Positions 25,671-40,780 of a stretch of 64,000 nt of DNA are shown piece by piece; positions within the stretch are counted from its first letter, which is position 1; each line of letters begins with the position of its first letter. The notes below the pieces were generated by a model. That model had not been told where the DNA came from, made no database searches, and was given only the letters and a program-made list of their open reading frames with translations. Location of the stretch: assembly GCF_018350175.1 (NCBI RefSeq), contig NC_058369.1, positions 9,364,001 through 9,428,000 on the forward strand, written 5' to 3'. The position numbers were made by a program, and so were the translations under genes. This stretch comes from Felis catus (taxonomy: Eukaryota).

Positions 25671-26456
25671 TTCTAGCGCCTGCTCATTGTTCCTGCAGGC
25701 CACTCTTTGAAATCTTTCTTGGCTCAGTCTGAGTCTCCCCCATCACAGCACATATCAGACCACACTGCTATTACCTGCCGACCTGTCTGCCTATCACCCC
25801 TGCAGACTGAGAGAACCGCGTTCTGCCCTTGTACCCCGGTGCCTGGCATGTAGTAGGTATTAAACAAATGTTGGGACGTAAACATAGTAGGTGCTGAACA
25901 AATAACTCATAATCCTCGCTGTCCTTAACTTCGGTCGCTCAATTTTTAACTCAGCTTCGTGATATCGATTGAGCACCTGCTGTGCACCAGTTGCTGTCCT
26001 AGGTGCTGGGGATCTGGCAGTGAACAAAAAAGAAATCCCTGCCCTTGGGGGGCTGATGGTCCAGTGTAGATGTCCTCTAGGGGCCTGCCCTTTCAAGATG
26101 GGCTGTATTATAAGATCTTGTCCCCACATGTACCCATAGCTGCTTGGACAAGGGTGGCCATTTGACCAGAGACTGGGCTGGCCCTTTCAGACTCTTCTGG
26201 GAATTTGGAACTGGACAATGGACCCTCCAGGTCAGCAGCTGTAGATGCTGGGAGATAGAGGCTGCAAATCTCTCCGTGTGAGGCCACTGGTGTGAAGAGG
26301 GAGGGGGTGCTGGGCTTCTGCTGACAGACGCTGGCGTCTGGCTGGGGTCTGCACACGTCTACACTCCCTCAGCAGCTGGCTTCTTATATCCCGCCAGTGG
26401 GAGCCACGGTCAGGAAACCAGACCGGGAAGGACAGGAGAAGGGACTCCTTTTCCTA

Positions 26457-26855
26457 TGTTGTGGGCTGAATGGTGTCCCCCTCAAAAGACATGTTCAAAT
26501 CCTAACCCCTGGGAGCTGTGAGTGTAACCTTATTTGGGAAAAGGGTTTTTGCGATGTCGTCAAGTTAGGAACAGGTCATACGGGATCAGGGCGGGCCCTT
26601 GATCCCATCTGACTTCTGTCCCCCAAAAGAGAGAAATCTGGACGCACACGCACAGGGGAGAGGCCATGCGAAGGCAGAGGCAGAGACTGGAGGGATGTGG
26701 CCACACGCCAAGGGCCGCGTGGGGCCACCAGAAGCTAGAAGAGGCCGGGAAGGATTCTCCCCTAGAGCCTTTGGAAGGGGCAGGGCCCTGCCAACGCCTT
26801 GGTCGGTTTTAGCCCCGTTTGTGGTCCTTTTTCACAGCAGCCGCAGGAAACCATC
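26457..26855 (+). mobile_element. MLT1-type LTR
   Basis: tgttgtgggctgaatggtgtcccc...ccttatttgggaaaaggg...gaagctagaagagg. Confidence 0.8.
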
Positions 26856-27427
26856 ACCGTCTGCAACGGTCTAGGGGCAACGGACGACCACGGTGCTGGC
26901 ACCCCCTCAGCGGTGCCAGGGGCAGCGGGGTGGGTCAGTACACCCTCTTGTCCTTTTAATTCCCCAGTTCTTGCCTCCCACAGCTAGTAATTCTTGGTGG
27001 CTTCGGGGTTTTCTATTTCTCTTTCAACCCCATGTAGCCAATCCCTGTATTAAATCTCCTCCACTGAAGACACCTCATACCTAGATGGTTTCTGCTCTTC
27101 TCACTGCTCCAGGGAGAGGGGAGAACATAACTAGCATCCTGTGTAACTAGACTGGCGGGGGGACCAGCTCTCAGCACCCCTAGGCTTTCCCTCGGTATCA
27201 CCCAGCAGGTCTCGGGTGGGGGAGATCCTGCCCTTCCCCTCCATCCCTGGGAAGACTGTCAATGTCTGAAGGCACCTTTGCTGATCAACAGCTGGTAGGA
27301 TACCGGGGTGGAGACCAGGGATGCTGCTAAAGACCCCGCGGCACACAGGACAGAGAGTGAGCCAGCCCCAAGTGTCGACGGTGCTGACGTCGAGAAACGC
27401 CGGTGAACCTCATCTCCAGCTGGCTCA

Positions 27428-27694
<267 letters not shown>

Positions 27695-28235
27695 TCAGGG
27701 ACCTGGGCACCCAGGCCTGGACACTAATAACCGCCCCCCCCCCCCAGGGAGGCCGAGCACTGGGCTCTGGGTTGGACTGGCGTGAGTTCAAGTCCAAGGT
27801 AAAGCACCTTTGTTCTCTGGGAACTAACAGAGGTGATTCTCATCCTTCGGCTGTGCATTAAAGTTCACGGGGAGCCTTTCAACAATGCTGGCACCAAAGC
27901 CCCACTCCCACAGACTTCGTTTCAATTGGTTTGGGGTGGGGCCTGGGGATGTAGGTATGTTTTAAGAGCTCCCGTCCCTCCAGGCAGTAGTCACCTCTTC
28001 CTACCTTCTCCCTAGGTCTCTCTGTTCCAGGCACACTGGGATCCTTGCTGTCCCCAAACACGGCAGCCGCATTCCTGCCTCAGGGCCTTTGCACTTGCTA
28101 TACCTTCTTCCTGGATTGCCCTTCCTCAGATATCCACACGGCTTCCTCTGTCAGCTATTTCTTCCACGTGTCACCTGCCTCCAGGGAGGCGTGACCTACC
28201 AGCCTCCGCTCCTTTAGTTGTTGCTAAATTAGAAT

Positions 28236-28520
28236 ATTTTTTTATTGTACCCAAATATGTATAATGTAAAATTGATCATTTTAGCTATTAATAAAGGTAT
28301 AGTCCAGTGGCGTTCAGTACCTTCACAATGCTGTGCACCCATCACCACTGTCCACGTCTGGAATCTTCATCTCTCCCAAACTGGGAACTTGTATCCGTTA
28401 AACATTAGCTCTCCACTGTCCAGTTGTGGAGCCCCTGGCAATATCTGGTCTGTTTCCTCTCTATGAATTTGCCCTTTCTAGGTACCTCCTATAAGTAGAA
28501 TCACTCACTATTTGTTCTTT
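28236..28520 (-). mobile_element. Old L1 (L1M) 3' end fragment
   Basis: Typical L1M 3' UTR in reverse orientation. Confidence 0.65.
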
Positions 28521-28960
28521 TGCGTCCACTTCCCGCTTAACCTTTTTTATCCCCTTCTAGCACTCTCCATCATTAGCTCACTGATTGCCTTTCTCCCCCA
28601 TGGGAATAGAAGCATCCGGATGGCACAGACTATCTCTTTCTGCTTTGTTGCCAGGACCTTCTGCAATGCCTGGCACACAGTAGGTGCTCAGTAAATCTCT
28701 GATGAGTAAATGAAAGAACTCTAATGTGCAGCCAGGATTAAGAATCAAGCCTCAGGGTCTATAAGCCTCAATTTCCTTACCTGTCGGATGGGATTGCCGA
28801 GAATCCCCACCTCACAGGACGGTCAGGATTCAGTGAGGTAATGTCTGAAAATGCCTTCTACACTTGTGTCCCTGGGCCTTCAGCTTCTGCCCAGCCAGTG
28901 TCCCTGCCGCCACCACTCCCCCCCTCCATGCCCCACAAGCCCAGCCCAACCCTCACTGGA

Positions 28961-29440
28961 ACAGAAGAGGACACACCCCCACCAGAAGAAGAGGGAGAGG
29001 ACACGCCCCCTACAGGAAGAGGAGGAAGAGGGCACGCCCCCACCAGAAGAAGAGGGAGTGGACACGCCCCCACCAGAAGAGGACACGCCCCCTACGGAAG
29101 ACACGCCCCCACCAGAAGGAGAGGACACGCCCCCTACAGGAAGAAGACAGGCCCCCACCAGAAGAAGAGGGAGTGGACACGCCCCCTACAGGAAGAGGAC
29201 ACGCCCCCACCAGAAGAGGGAGAGGACACGCCCCCACCAGAAGAAGAGGGAGAGGACACGCCCCCACCAGAAGAGGGAGAGGACACGCCCCCTACAGGAA
29301 GAGGACACGCCCCACCAGAAGAGGGAGAGGACACGCCCCCTACAGGAAGAGGAGGAAGAGGACACACCCCCACCAGAAGAAGAGGGAGAGGACACGCCCC
29401 CTACAGGAAGAGGAGGAAGAGGGCACGCCCCCACCAGAAG
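28961..29440. repeat. Minisatellite/VNTR in intron 34, ~18 variable units (about 20-30 bp) with core GGACACGCCCC[C]ACCAGAAG / CCTACAGGAAG
   Basis: Directly visible tandem array. Confidence 0.95.
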
Positions 29441-29469
29441 CGGAGGCTGAAAGCGCGTCCCCTCTCTCA

Positions 29470-29742
<273 letters not shown>

Positions 29743-29760
29743 CTAGGGGTGGGCACTCAC

Positions 29761-29826
29761 CTGCATCCCGATGATGGCGTAGATAAAGAAAAGCATGGCA
29801 ATCAGCAGACAGACATAAGGCAAGGC
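29761..29826 (-). CDS. CACNA1A: CACNA1A exon 33 (ALPYVCLLIAMLFFIYAIIGMQ, IVS5)
   Basis: 66 nt, caccag| ... |gtgagt. Confidence 0.97.
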
Positions 29827-30167
29827 CTGGTGGGAAGGAAGGCAGTGAAGGAGAGTGCGGGGGGGGGGCGGGGGTTGCCTCTCGGCCACACCATTTCCCT
29901 CCCTTGTCCCAGAGCGCCACCCCACAGGGCTGGGCGGTCCCAGGCTGTGCCAGAGTGGTGCCAGGGCTTCCGGTGGGCCTCTTTGAGGCCATGGTGGCAG
30001 GGTTTCAGGGGGATTCCCCTTGGAGCTCTCCAGCCGCCCCAGGAGCAGGCAGTCTAGAGAAACAGGCTCTCAACAAAGTGCACCACACAGGCGTTTCCAC
30101 CCGATTTGTACTCTCAGCCAGGGCAGGGATGGGGGGGTATGATCTTCTCAGCCCCAGGCTGGCTTCA

Positions 30168-30821
<654 letters not shown>

Positions 30822-33711
30822 TCAGGCCTGGCGGACATGTGCGGGTTCCCAGGGCATGTGACGCTCCGGGCCAGAAATGCATCTGTCGTGGGACTCAACG
30901 GGCACCTGCCCTGCCCTGCCCTGTAGAGCTGCCCACCCGCTCCTGCCCGCCCTGACCTCACCCCACGGCCAAGAGGAGCAGCGGCTTGAGCCAATCGGAG
31001 AAGCGAAAGAGCATCTTTTCTTACCCCCTTGGCGAGCGGGAATGGGGAGGACGGGAGGGAGCTGGGGCTGGTCGGCTGCAGGGCGAGTCCTCGCTGCCCG
31101 CTGAGTCGGAGAAGATGCATTTGGGGCCCTTTTCCCCCCTCTCAGGGATGGCTTCTCAGCTTCTGGGGCTGGGTGGAGTAGCTCGGGACCAGGCCTGCGG
31201 GAAGCAGGAAGTACGCAGCGCCCGTGGGTGGGTGAGCTGGCAAACAGCCCAGGCCCACCGAGGGGCCGGGGCTGGAGGTGGGGCCGTCCCTGCCCCCAGG
31301 ACCTCCCTGGGTGGACCCTGCCTCAGCTCAAGGGCCCCCTGTCTAGTCACTGCCTCTCCCTCCTCCCGCCCAGCCGCCGGGAGAACTTCCCAGGGAAGGG
31401 GGGGGGGGCAGCCAACTGGGAGGGGAGCGAAGAGACCAGGCGGAGACGGGGCGCTGGCTGGCCGGGCCGCCCGTGGTGGGGGGTCGTGCCTGCTGGGGCC
31501 TCAGGGTCGCCTCTGGGTGGGGGGCAGGAAGCTCAAAGTCACAAATGGACCCCATCTGGCTGACGGAGCTGTCTTGTCGGGCCTCGGCAGTTTTTGTTTT
31601 GTTGCGATGAAAGATAGTTGCCAGTGTTTAAAAGTCTGACTTCTCCCCCAAATCTGACTTGCTGGCAACCCTGGGCCTGCTTCCAGGTTGGCAAAAGTTA
31701 GCTGGGGCTCAGATGTGGCTGGCCCCGTGAAACAGGCCACACGTGCCCTCCAGGATCCTCCAGGATCCTTCCCAGTTACTGTATCTTGCCTGTATCCGGC
31801 CTGGGAGCTGAGAGGCAGGGTTGGGGGTCCGAGACATTTCTGGGGCTCCAAGAGGCCTCTGGATTTGCTGGCCAAGTCTAGGATGCCTCTGGGGACACAT
31901 CAGTCGGTCCTTAGGCCTCTAGGACGGGGGTGGGGGCTGGGAGATCCTACCTTGACTGTACTGGGCCCAACCACCGTGAGAATGTCCCAAGGGCTTCGAA
32001 TACGCTCCCACACCCAGCTCAGCTGAGAGTCACCCCCTGTGCCCAGCTGACCTGACACCCAGCCCTGCCTGGCCACCCAGCTCTACCTGGGGACGGGGCC
32101 GATGGCCCAGGTGTCCCCAGCCCCTCCCGACCATCCCCAGAGTACAAGCCATCCCTTCACGGGGCGGGTCATAACATGGGGACTCTGCCCAGCATGCAAA
32201 AGCAGGCGGGCCCTGGAGCAGCCTCCGGGGGCTCAGGGTAGAGCAGGGGGGAGCCTGTCACCATGCGGGAGAAGCAAGGGGGTGTTGCAGGGAGACGCGT
32301 GCAGAGAACATGCTGCCCTTCTTGGAGCTGAGGGAAGAGACACATGGGGGAGGTAGGGGGTGGAGAAGACAGAGGTCCAGGTGACAGGGTAGGGGAAGGA
32401 ACTCATCTGCCCGCCATCTCTTCTTGGTTCTGCATCGAGTCTTTCAAGTGCTCGCAGAACTGGCGACTTCCCTCTTCCTAGCTCCCGCTTTTCCATCCAC
32501 AAGCCCGGAAGGAGCAGCTATGCTGTCCTTCAAGGCTGCCCTGTGCTTCCTGGTTCAAGGGCGATGGGGTGGGATGCAGGCCCCGGAAGGCTTGCGGTGC
32601 TCAGGGGCGCAAGAGCTCAGAAAGACATGGGAACCAGCCACCTGAGGGCTCCAGAGAAATCCTGCCCCCGGCAGCCTCCATCTCAGCCGACTTTGCCTCT
32701 GAGCTCCAGACCCCATAACCACTCGCCTGGCCCGACTTCTTCCGGGGTGCTCTTAAAGGCACCTCAGACCCGCCACGGCTGTGCTCTACACCTGTTCTCT
32801 TCTCCTAACCTGCTCCTCTTCTGGTATTCCCTAGATTCTATCTCCCAGTTCAAGCCAGACTCCGATCTCTCCAGGTACCTTCCTCCCCCAGTCCAGACCC
32901 AACCCATCCCCGGGTCCCGGAGAAGCCCCTGCTCAGATGGCCAGTCCCCTCTCGCTGGGGATTCCCCATTGCGGCCCAGCACCTCCCCCTCTCCACACCC
33001 CCCTCCCTCCCCGGCCGCCGGCTGCTGCCTCACAGCCTCGCCATCCTGTCTAATCACACTTCCATTGCTACCCCTGCTCTAAATGCTCCCCGGCTTCCGC
33101 TAGGCCCCAGGGGCTTATCCCCTTCCGCCCTCTTCACTTTTCCTGGGTCAGCCTTCCCTCCCTCTCTTTGCTCCAGCCACACCCCCTCAGCTTGCAGACC
33201 CCGACCCCTGCATGATTCCTCTTGACACAGGGCCTTTGCCCGTGCTGTTCTGGGCCTCAAATGCCCTTCCCCCCGCTCTTCTGCCTTGTTAACACTGCTC
33301 ATTCTTTAGCTCCGGACCCAGTTATAACTTCAGGTGGCTTTGAGTGCCTATTCGACCAATGCCCGGCTTTCCCACTTCGACCCGCGAGGCGGTGTCAGTG
33401 ATGCTGCCCGCTTCAGCCCGCCACTCCACTTGGGGCACCGAATTTGCAATCTTTCAACGTTTGTTTGGCGGATGACTGCATGTGGTACTGGTTGGGGGTG
33501 GGGAGGGGTCCTGGCGCAGAGATGCCATTCCGGGAGTCCTTCAACGGGGCTCCGAGGTGGCGGGCGTGGGGCGGAGGCAGATGGAAGGTGCCAGAATGAG
33601 AAGTGAGCAAGGAGCCGAATCCGTGAGGCGACAGAGGAGGAGGTGGTGTGTGCTGTGACAGGGCATGCGGGGGGCAGGCTGGATGGATGTAACAGGGAGG
33701 GACAGGGGTGC

Positions 33712-33715
<4 letters not shown>

Positions 33716-33751
<36 letters not shown>
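33716..33751. repeat. (TG)n microsatellite
   Basis: Direct read. Confidence 0.95.
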
Positions 33752-33752
<1 letters not shown>

Positions 33753-34227
33753 GTGGGCAGAGGAGAGGAGGAGCACAAGAACAAGAGAGGAAGGGAGAGA
33801 GAGGGCGCATGTGGGAAAGGGGCGAGGGCACCTGTGTGCCTTGACTGTGAGCACGTGAAGGCCGGGGCTCCGGGAGAGGGTCTCGTCTGGCCGGCCCGAG
33901 TCCTGGCCCTTCCGTCTTTCCCTTGTCTGGGAGTGTTTGCCTGCCTGCTGTCCGGCCCTCCGGCCTCCTTGGACTTGGGAGATTTACATCTCTAGAAAGT
34001 CACACCCACGGGCCTGGAGTTTCCCGGGGCCCAGGCCCCATGGAGCTGATCGGGGGGGGGGGACAGGAGCGATGTCTGGGTGTTGCAGGGGCTCGGCGTG
34101 TAGGGACGCGTGTACGGGATGGGGCGGGAGGCCCACCCAGCTGAGGAGTCCTGCTGGAGCAAACCCTTTGCTTCGCAAAAGACGCAAACCAACCCACACA
34201 GAAAACTCCAACTCAGAGCCCAGTAAA

Positions 34228-34230
<3 letters not shown>

Positions 34231-34276
<46 letters not shown>
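34231..34276. repeat. (GA)23 microsatellite
   Basis: Direct read. Confidence 0.95.
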
Positions 34277-34279
<3 letters not shown>

Positions 34280-34470
34280 CAGGAAGGAGGAGGGAGGGGG
34301 TGGGCTGGGGAGACAGACAGACAAGACGGGGAAGGGGTGCTGGGGGAGGGCGGGATGCATCAGGCAACCCAAGTCCAGAAAGCCCAGGGCGGGACGTGCA
34401 GTGCTGGTACGAGAAGATGCGTTCACAGTTAATGTAAGGCATTTAGACTTCAGAAAGAAGTAAGACCAAC

Positions 34471-34476
34471 CGGATT
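34471..34476 (-). CDS. CACNA1A: CACNA1A alternative microexon 31a/31* (6 nt AATCCG = Asn-Pro, IVS3-S4 loop)
   Basis: catctgcatctag|AATCCG|gttggt between phase-0 exons 31 and 32; known NP insert that affects omega-agatoxin IVA sensitivity (P vs Q type). Confidence 0.88.
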
Positions 34477-37204
34477 CTAGATGCAGATGTTGAAGATGGA
34501 GGGGGAGCGGGCGGGCGGGGGCAGTTGGGGAGGCGTGTTCAGCGTTTTTTAGGTTGATTTGTAACCAGTGCCAAAACACCAATGGGTTTCGGTTCCCGGG
34601 CGGGGAGTGGGGGTGGTGGGTTGGGAGATAGTCATTGGTGTATGAACACACAGACCATGTCATGGATGAACAAATGAATTTCATAGTGCATTTTGATTGG
34701 ATGAGTTTTTCAGACGGCGTTGTGCCAATATACAGTTTAAAGAGCAGGCATGAAAAGAGACAAGACAAGAAACAGTCATTAACCATCGCACGCAGGGCAA
34801 ACCCCCGTCACCCGGCCACTAGGGGGCGGCAGCTGAGGCCCAGTGGGCCTCCAGCCCTTCCCCCTCCCGCACGACCCTGGGGATCTGCCCTCCCAAGCGT
34901 CTGGCGCCCCCTGCCTCAGCCTGGCGGGGTTCTGGCCTGAACCTGGCGGGCTTACCTGGGAGGCAGAGAGGGGTGGCGGTGGGCTCCTTGCCCCGCAGGG
35001 CAGGCCTCCCCTCAGCCCAGGTTGGGAGGAGCATAACATCCCGAAAGGGTCCACACACCCAGCCTCCACCTTCCCCTCCAAAGGATTCTGATCCGGGGCC
35101 CCGGGGGCTGGGGTGGGGGAGGTGACTGGCAAACCCAAGTACAGTGGAAGGCCCACTGCAGACCCAAGGACGCTCCCAGTAATAATAGCAACAGCTGTAG
35201 CAGTAAGAATAACAACCGCCATTTGTGGATGATCTATTTCCCGGCAGGTTCTGTGCCAAACCCTTCACGTGGCTCGCTCACGCGTGTTAAAGGTTGCCAG
35301 CTCCTTCCCTAGAATGCCGGCCCTGTGGGGGCGGGCGTTCTTGTCTGGTCTGGCTTTGCTCACGGTCTCCAGCACCTACGGCGGTGCCCGGCACACAGCA
35401 GGCGCTCAATGAGTGCCTACCGGATGCATGTGTGAACGTGAAGCTGGCAAGGACCCAGGGAGGTTAATTACAACAGTTATCCCCACGCTACAGGAGCAGA
35501 GGTGACGTAGGCTGGCAAAGTCAAACAGCTTGTGGGGAGGGCTGTTCGACTCACTGAACAGCCCTGATGCCCTGTCCTGTCCTGCCAGTCCGGAGCCCGG
35601 GCCGCGGGGGTCCAGCCCTATGGATCCCTTACTCCTGGCCACTGGAGGTTTCAACCAACTCCCTCCACGTGCTCTGCGGGGGGTGTGGGGCCACCCTTCC
35701 AACCTCTCGTGCTGGTGCAAAGCTGTCTTGTGCTCAGCTGGGTGACTGCCAGTCGGAGCTCTGGATCTCTTAGAGACTCAGGACAGAAGATGAGGCCGGG
35801 GCTCTGGTCCTCTGCCAGAGCACGGGGCCCAGGTCGGGGACACCCCCGCTGACCTCCCTAGAGGAAGGTGTTAGGGATGGGACGAAGGGAAGGGAGAATT
35901 TCTGGCTCAGTGGAGCTCAGGGCAAAGAGGTATGGTCACGATACCACTTGGGAGGGAGGTGCCAGGGGACCCATCAGAGAATGGCCTCCTTTTCTGTGTA
36001 GCTCTTTCGTCCCGTCGGCCTTCCAGGATGGGAGAATGGGTCCATCGATCCCTTTCTGCTGGGGGCTCTAATGGGCCACCCCAGGGCCACCAGTGAGCCT
36101 CAGGAGTTACCAGGTCTGGGTGCGTGCACGACCTTGGGCAGGTCCCTCGCTTCCCCGAGCACTGGGCACTAGCTTCCTCATCTGTGAAATGGGGCAACAC
36201 CCTCTTCCTCGGGCCACACCCCAACCACGTGTATTCTCCACTTTTCTCTGCTTGTTCTGAGCACCTCCCCCACCCCCTGCTCCCTGGCCTTCTGGCTCCC
36301 TTCTGGCTAGGCTTGGCCAACGGGAAGCACTGGCAGGAGATGGAGGGCGGGGGGAGAGATGGGCTTGGGTTATTTCTCCCCTGATGCCCTGAGCCTGCTC
36401 TGGCCTTCCTCTCGGGCACAGGCTCTGTCCCCGCAGGTCCACGGCTCCTGCTGGGCGGCCCCTCCCCACCCCAGCTCAGGTTTCCTCCACGCTTCAGCAC
36501 CTGGGCAGGTGACAGCTCCTCACGGTGGCTGGGTGCCCCGCGATTTGCCATCCTGGTCGGCCCTCTTGCCCTCCTCTCTGTGAGTAGTCTCTGCTCTCCA
36601 ATCCCTTCAGTTAAACCCTCCCAAAGGAATCCTTTTATCTACTGACCCCCTGACCTGTACCACGAGCTGATCCACGTGAACCGCTTGGCACTGTGCCTGC
36701 CACGCAACTAAGTCGGCCATTATTTTCACTGCTATTTTGATGAGGTTGATATCCCTTCCCACCCCTGGCTTCAACAGTCTTTGCCCTTTTTGCTCCCCTT
36801 GTGAGGATTTCCTGCCCTCCCCACCACTTTCCTGAGGGCTCCCAGGCCTGGGCTTACTCGAAAATGGCCAAAGAGGGTATCTGAGATAGGAGCTCCGGGG
36901 CCCTGAGTCTCTCAGATGAGGGGGAAGGATGATGTGGCCTATGGGGCCACCACGGAGGTCTAGGGACCGCCCCCCTCCCCAAGCTGCAAGCCTCCCAAGC
37001 CTGGGGACAGAAGAGGGTGGACATCCTGGGGACCTAGGAGTGGGATCTCCTGTTGGCTCCAGGGCCACGGCTCCCTCCTCAACCTCCTTCCACGAACCAG
37101 AAGATGGTTAGTTCAAACAGAACGGACTTGAGGCTCGTTCTTTCTGGGTCCCCAACACTGTGTGGGGTTTGGGGGTAGGGCTCAGCCTTGGGATCCTTTA
37201 ATTA

Positions 37205-37591
<387 letters not shown>

Positions 37592-40239
37592 CTAGAATGG
37601 GGACCCACAAGACAGAGATGCCAACACAGGGCTCCACGCCCGGCCGCCACGGCCGGCCCCGGGGTGCATTAGGGGCACGGCTGCTGATCAGCCCGAGTGC
37701 CCACAACGCGCGTGGTCATTCAAATAGCAAAGTGCTGCTGTATGGGCTGCTTAATATCACCTGCTCTGAGTCCCCCTCCCTGGGACCCCCATGGCTCTCC
37801 TGGCCCCGGGGGGGGGGCCTCCAAAGCCTGGTGTCGCTCTGCTGGAGAACGAGGTCTGTCCTTTGGGCGTGCCTGTCTTTTTGACATATCTGAGGGCTCC
37901 CTGAGACCCGAGATGCTTTTTAAACGATGTCACTGGGATCCTCACACGGACCCTCAGAGCAAAGGATTGTCACCCGCTTTGCCCGAGGCGACGGAAGCTC
38001 GGAGTGGGATGCCGCTCACCTTCCGAGGTGAGCAGCACAGAGGTGAAGGGTCAGGACTGAACTCAGCTCGAGTCTAGGGTTTGTGTTCAAGACCGCACCT
38101 GCTACAGCATGCTCGCTAAGACAGTGGACTGTGGGTTCGAATCCCAGCTTTGTTACCATCCTGCTGTATGGCTGTAAGCCAGTGACTTAACCTCTCATTT
38201 CTCCCACTTCCTAATCTGAAGAAGGGGAAAGGTAACAGGGGCATGAAACGCCTTCGGGGCACGTGCCAGGCTGCACTTTCTGGTCCCCCTGCGGTTGGAT
38301 GGGGCCGCCTGTGTCTAGTTATAGCCAACAGGTTTTGCGCAGAGGAGTATTTGTGAAAACATTCCACACCGTTTGAGCCCACGCCGAGCAGCACCTCTGT
38401 CTGAATCCAAGGGTCTGGTTCAAACAGACAGCCCTCCCCTCCAGGCTCAGCGGGACCCACACCGAACACAGGCTTTCTCAGCACCCTCACAAAGCGGGGG
38501 CCAGCTTGGGGCTCGCAGGTCCCCTTCTGACTGGTCTGTTCCTCCCCTGAGCGTCTGGCCCGGAGGCAGCCCCTCTGCCGCACAGAGAAGGACTCAGGCT
38601 TTGGAGCTGTGCTTTCCAGGCTGAAACTATTTTCAGCGCGTAAGAATGAAAAGGGTCTCGGAGTTGGGACTGGTTGGGCCTTGGAGCCCTCTTCTGGAAG
38701 ACAGGGGTATAACAGCAATCAGATAATGAATGTGAAGCAGGTGCTCAATGAACGGATGCTGTTTCGTAATCATCTAAAAGGATTTCATGTTCCACTGGCA
38801 CTTTTGGTATTTTGGCAGATGCTGCTGGGGCCCTGCCCATATCCCCTCATATTTCCCCTGCACACCTTCCGTTGCTCTGCCCAGGGTCTTTCTCTGGTTG
38901 CAAATTAAACGGCTCCCCCTGGGAGCAGCCCTTGATTATGACTGATGGGCCTTGGAGGATAAATACCCCGGCTCTCACCTCAGGTGGAAAGAGGCTGCAG
39001 TATGTGCTCTCTGCTGCCTCCTGCTGGTCCTCAAGGGAACTGTGCCCCTTTTGCCCACAGCGGGAACTGGCTCCATTAACACACCTTGTACTGGCTGCCT
39101 TCCGGCTCCTGCCTCACTCCTCTCCCCCACACTGAGTTCCCTGGGTTTCCAGACAAATTCCTCACACTCAGTCCTGATCTCAGGCTGTGCTTCTGGGGGG
39201 AGTCCAAATGAAGGCAACTTTCTAGGCGTCTGGCCATAGGCCTTAGCCCCTGGACGACAAGGGTCCCTCCCTCCCACCCCATTGCCTAAACTGCACATGG
39301 TGAACTTCACCCAAACCAGAGGGGGCAGCTCCACGCAGGCCCCTGGGGGGTGGTCGGGGGCGGGGAGGATGGAGCCCTAAGCCGCCTCATTTACCAGAAG
39401 ATCGACGGGGGTTACAAAAACCGCACAGCACAACTGGGCTGGGCAGGTCCCGCGTCTGAACCTACACCACGCTCCCCTCCGCCCTGGGAGGCTGGGTGCA
39501 CGGTACTCCTGTTTTGCAGATGTGGAAACAGGAGAAAAAGGCCATGTGCCTTGCTTGAGGCCACGCAGCTAGAAAGGGGCTTGCACCCTGATACGGGCAC
39601 GCCAGAGCCTGATTGCCGCCCCCCCCCCCATACATGTTCTGTGACCCATCCTGGTGGCATCCCCAGGACCGAAATGCAGAGTCGGTGCCCTCGCCCTGGC
39701 TGCGGGGTGCCTCCCCTTTCTGCCTGGTGTTCAACACTAGATGCATCTTGGACTCCCCTTGGGGCACTCATTAAAGATACGGATTCAGGGGCTCCCACCT
39801 GACCAAGTGAGCCTGAACTTCCGGGGCTGGCTCTGGGGGATCATTCAATTTTAAGGCCTCATGGCGACCCTTCCTGGCATTTATGGGGTGCTCACTCCAT
39901 GCCAGCCCTCACCCTCAGCCTTCAGGCACACTGGGGTTCGCAAGGGCTCTTCTGAGGAAAAGGCAGAGGACGAGCCCTCGCGATGGAGAGGTGAGGTGAC
40001 ACAGCCCGGATGTGAGTTGAATCGAGGCCTCTCTGGTGTCCAAACTAACACCTTTGCCACCTTGGGAATCCAGCCTCCACCTCGTTGACAGCCTGGCAAG
40101 GCCACAGGCTGTGGGCCACTCTCCTCAGAGAGGTGGACAAAGTGGGTGGGCAAGAGGGAAGCATCCTGTTCTAAGTCTGAGCTTGGCCACTCACGGGGGA
40201 CCTTCTAGAAGGTCCCATCACACAACCCATCAGTTCAGT

Positions 40240-40780
40240 TCAGGCCTTCTTGGCTTTTTTTTTTGGGGGGGGGCTGTGAACCTCCCTGGCCTCCTGGGAA
40301 GACCTTCTCAGAGGAAGCTTTGTAAATGCATAAAATAAAATACCCAGGATTGCAAGGGCACCTGCTACACCGAAATACAATTATCAAAAACTATTTTTAA
40401 ACGGTGATCTAATGATTAACGCACTTCTTCATCAACACATGAAATAATTTCCAGCGGTAGGTTTGCCGGTCACCGGCGTTCGAAGCAAGGCTGAACACGA
40501 ACCAAAATTTGGAGGAACCTGCTGCCTCTGTCATGCGTTACGGAAAGATCTGATTTTTATCGGTGACACAGAGAGTACTGGTCACACCGCAGGGGTTGGT
40601 CTGCCTTTAAGATGGAAGGAAATGTTAACGTCCAGTTAGCGGCTTGTGAAAACTAGAGACGTGATCTGCTCACGTCTAATTTCACAGCTCTCCCCCCCCG
40701 CCCCCCCCCCCCTTCCCCTGCACCCACGGATCAGTGGGCTTCAGGTTAAGACCACTTGCATTAGTCGGAGATGAAGACAG
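40240..40780. mobile_element. Probable hAT-Charlie-type DNA transposon remnant
   Basis: AT-rich aatgcataaaataaaatac...aaatacaattatcaaaa motif; family uncertain. Confidence 0.4.

Noticed and set aside
28961..29440. CRISPR-like repeat-spacer appearance
   Set aside because: The spacers are variants of each other, there are no cas genes, and the context is a mammalian intron.
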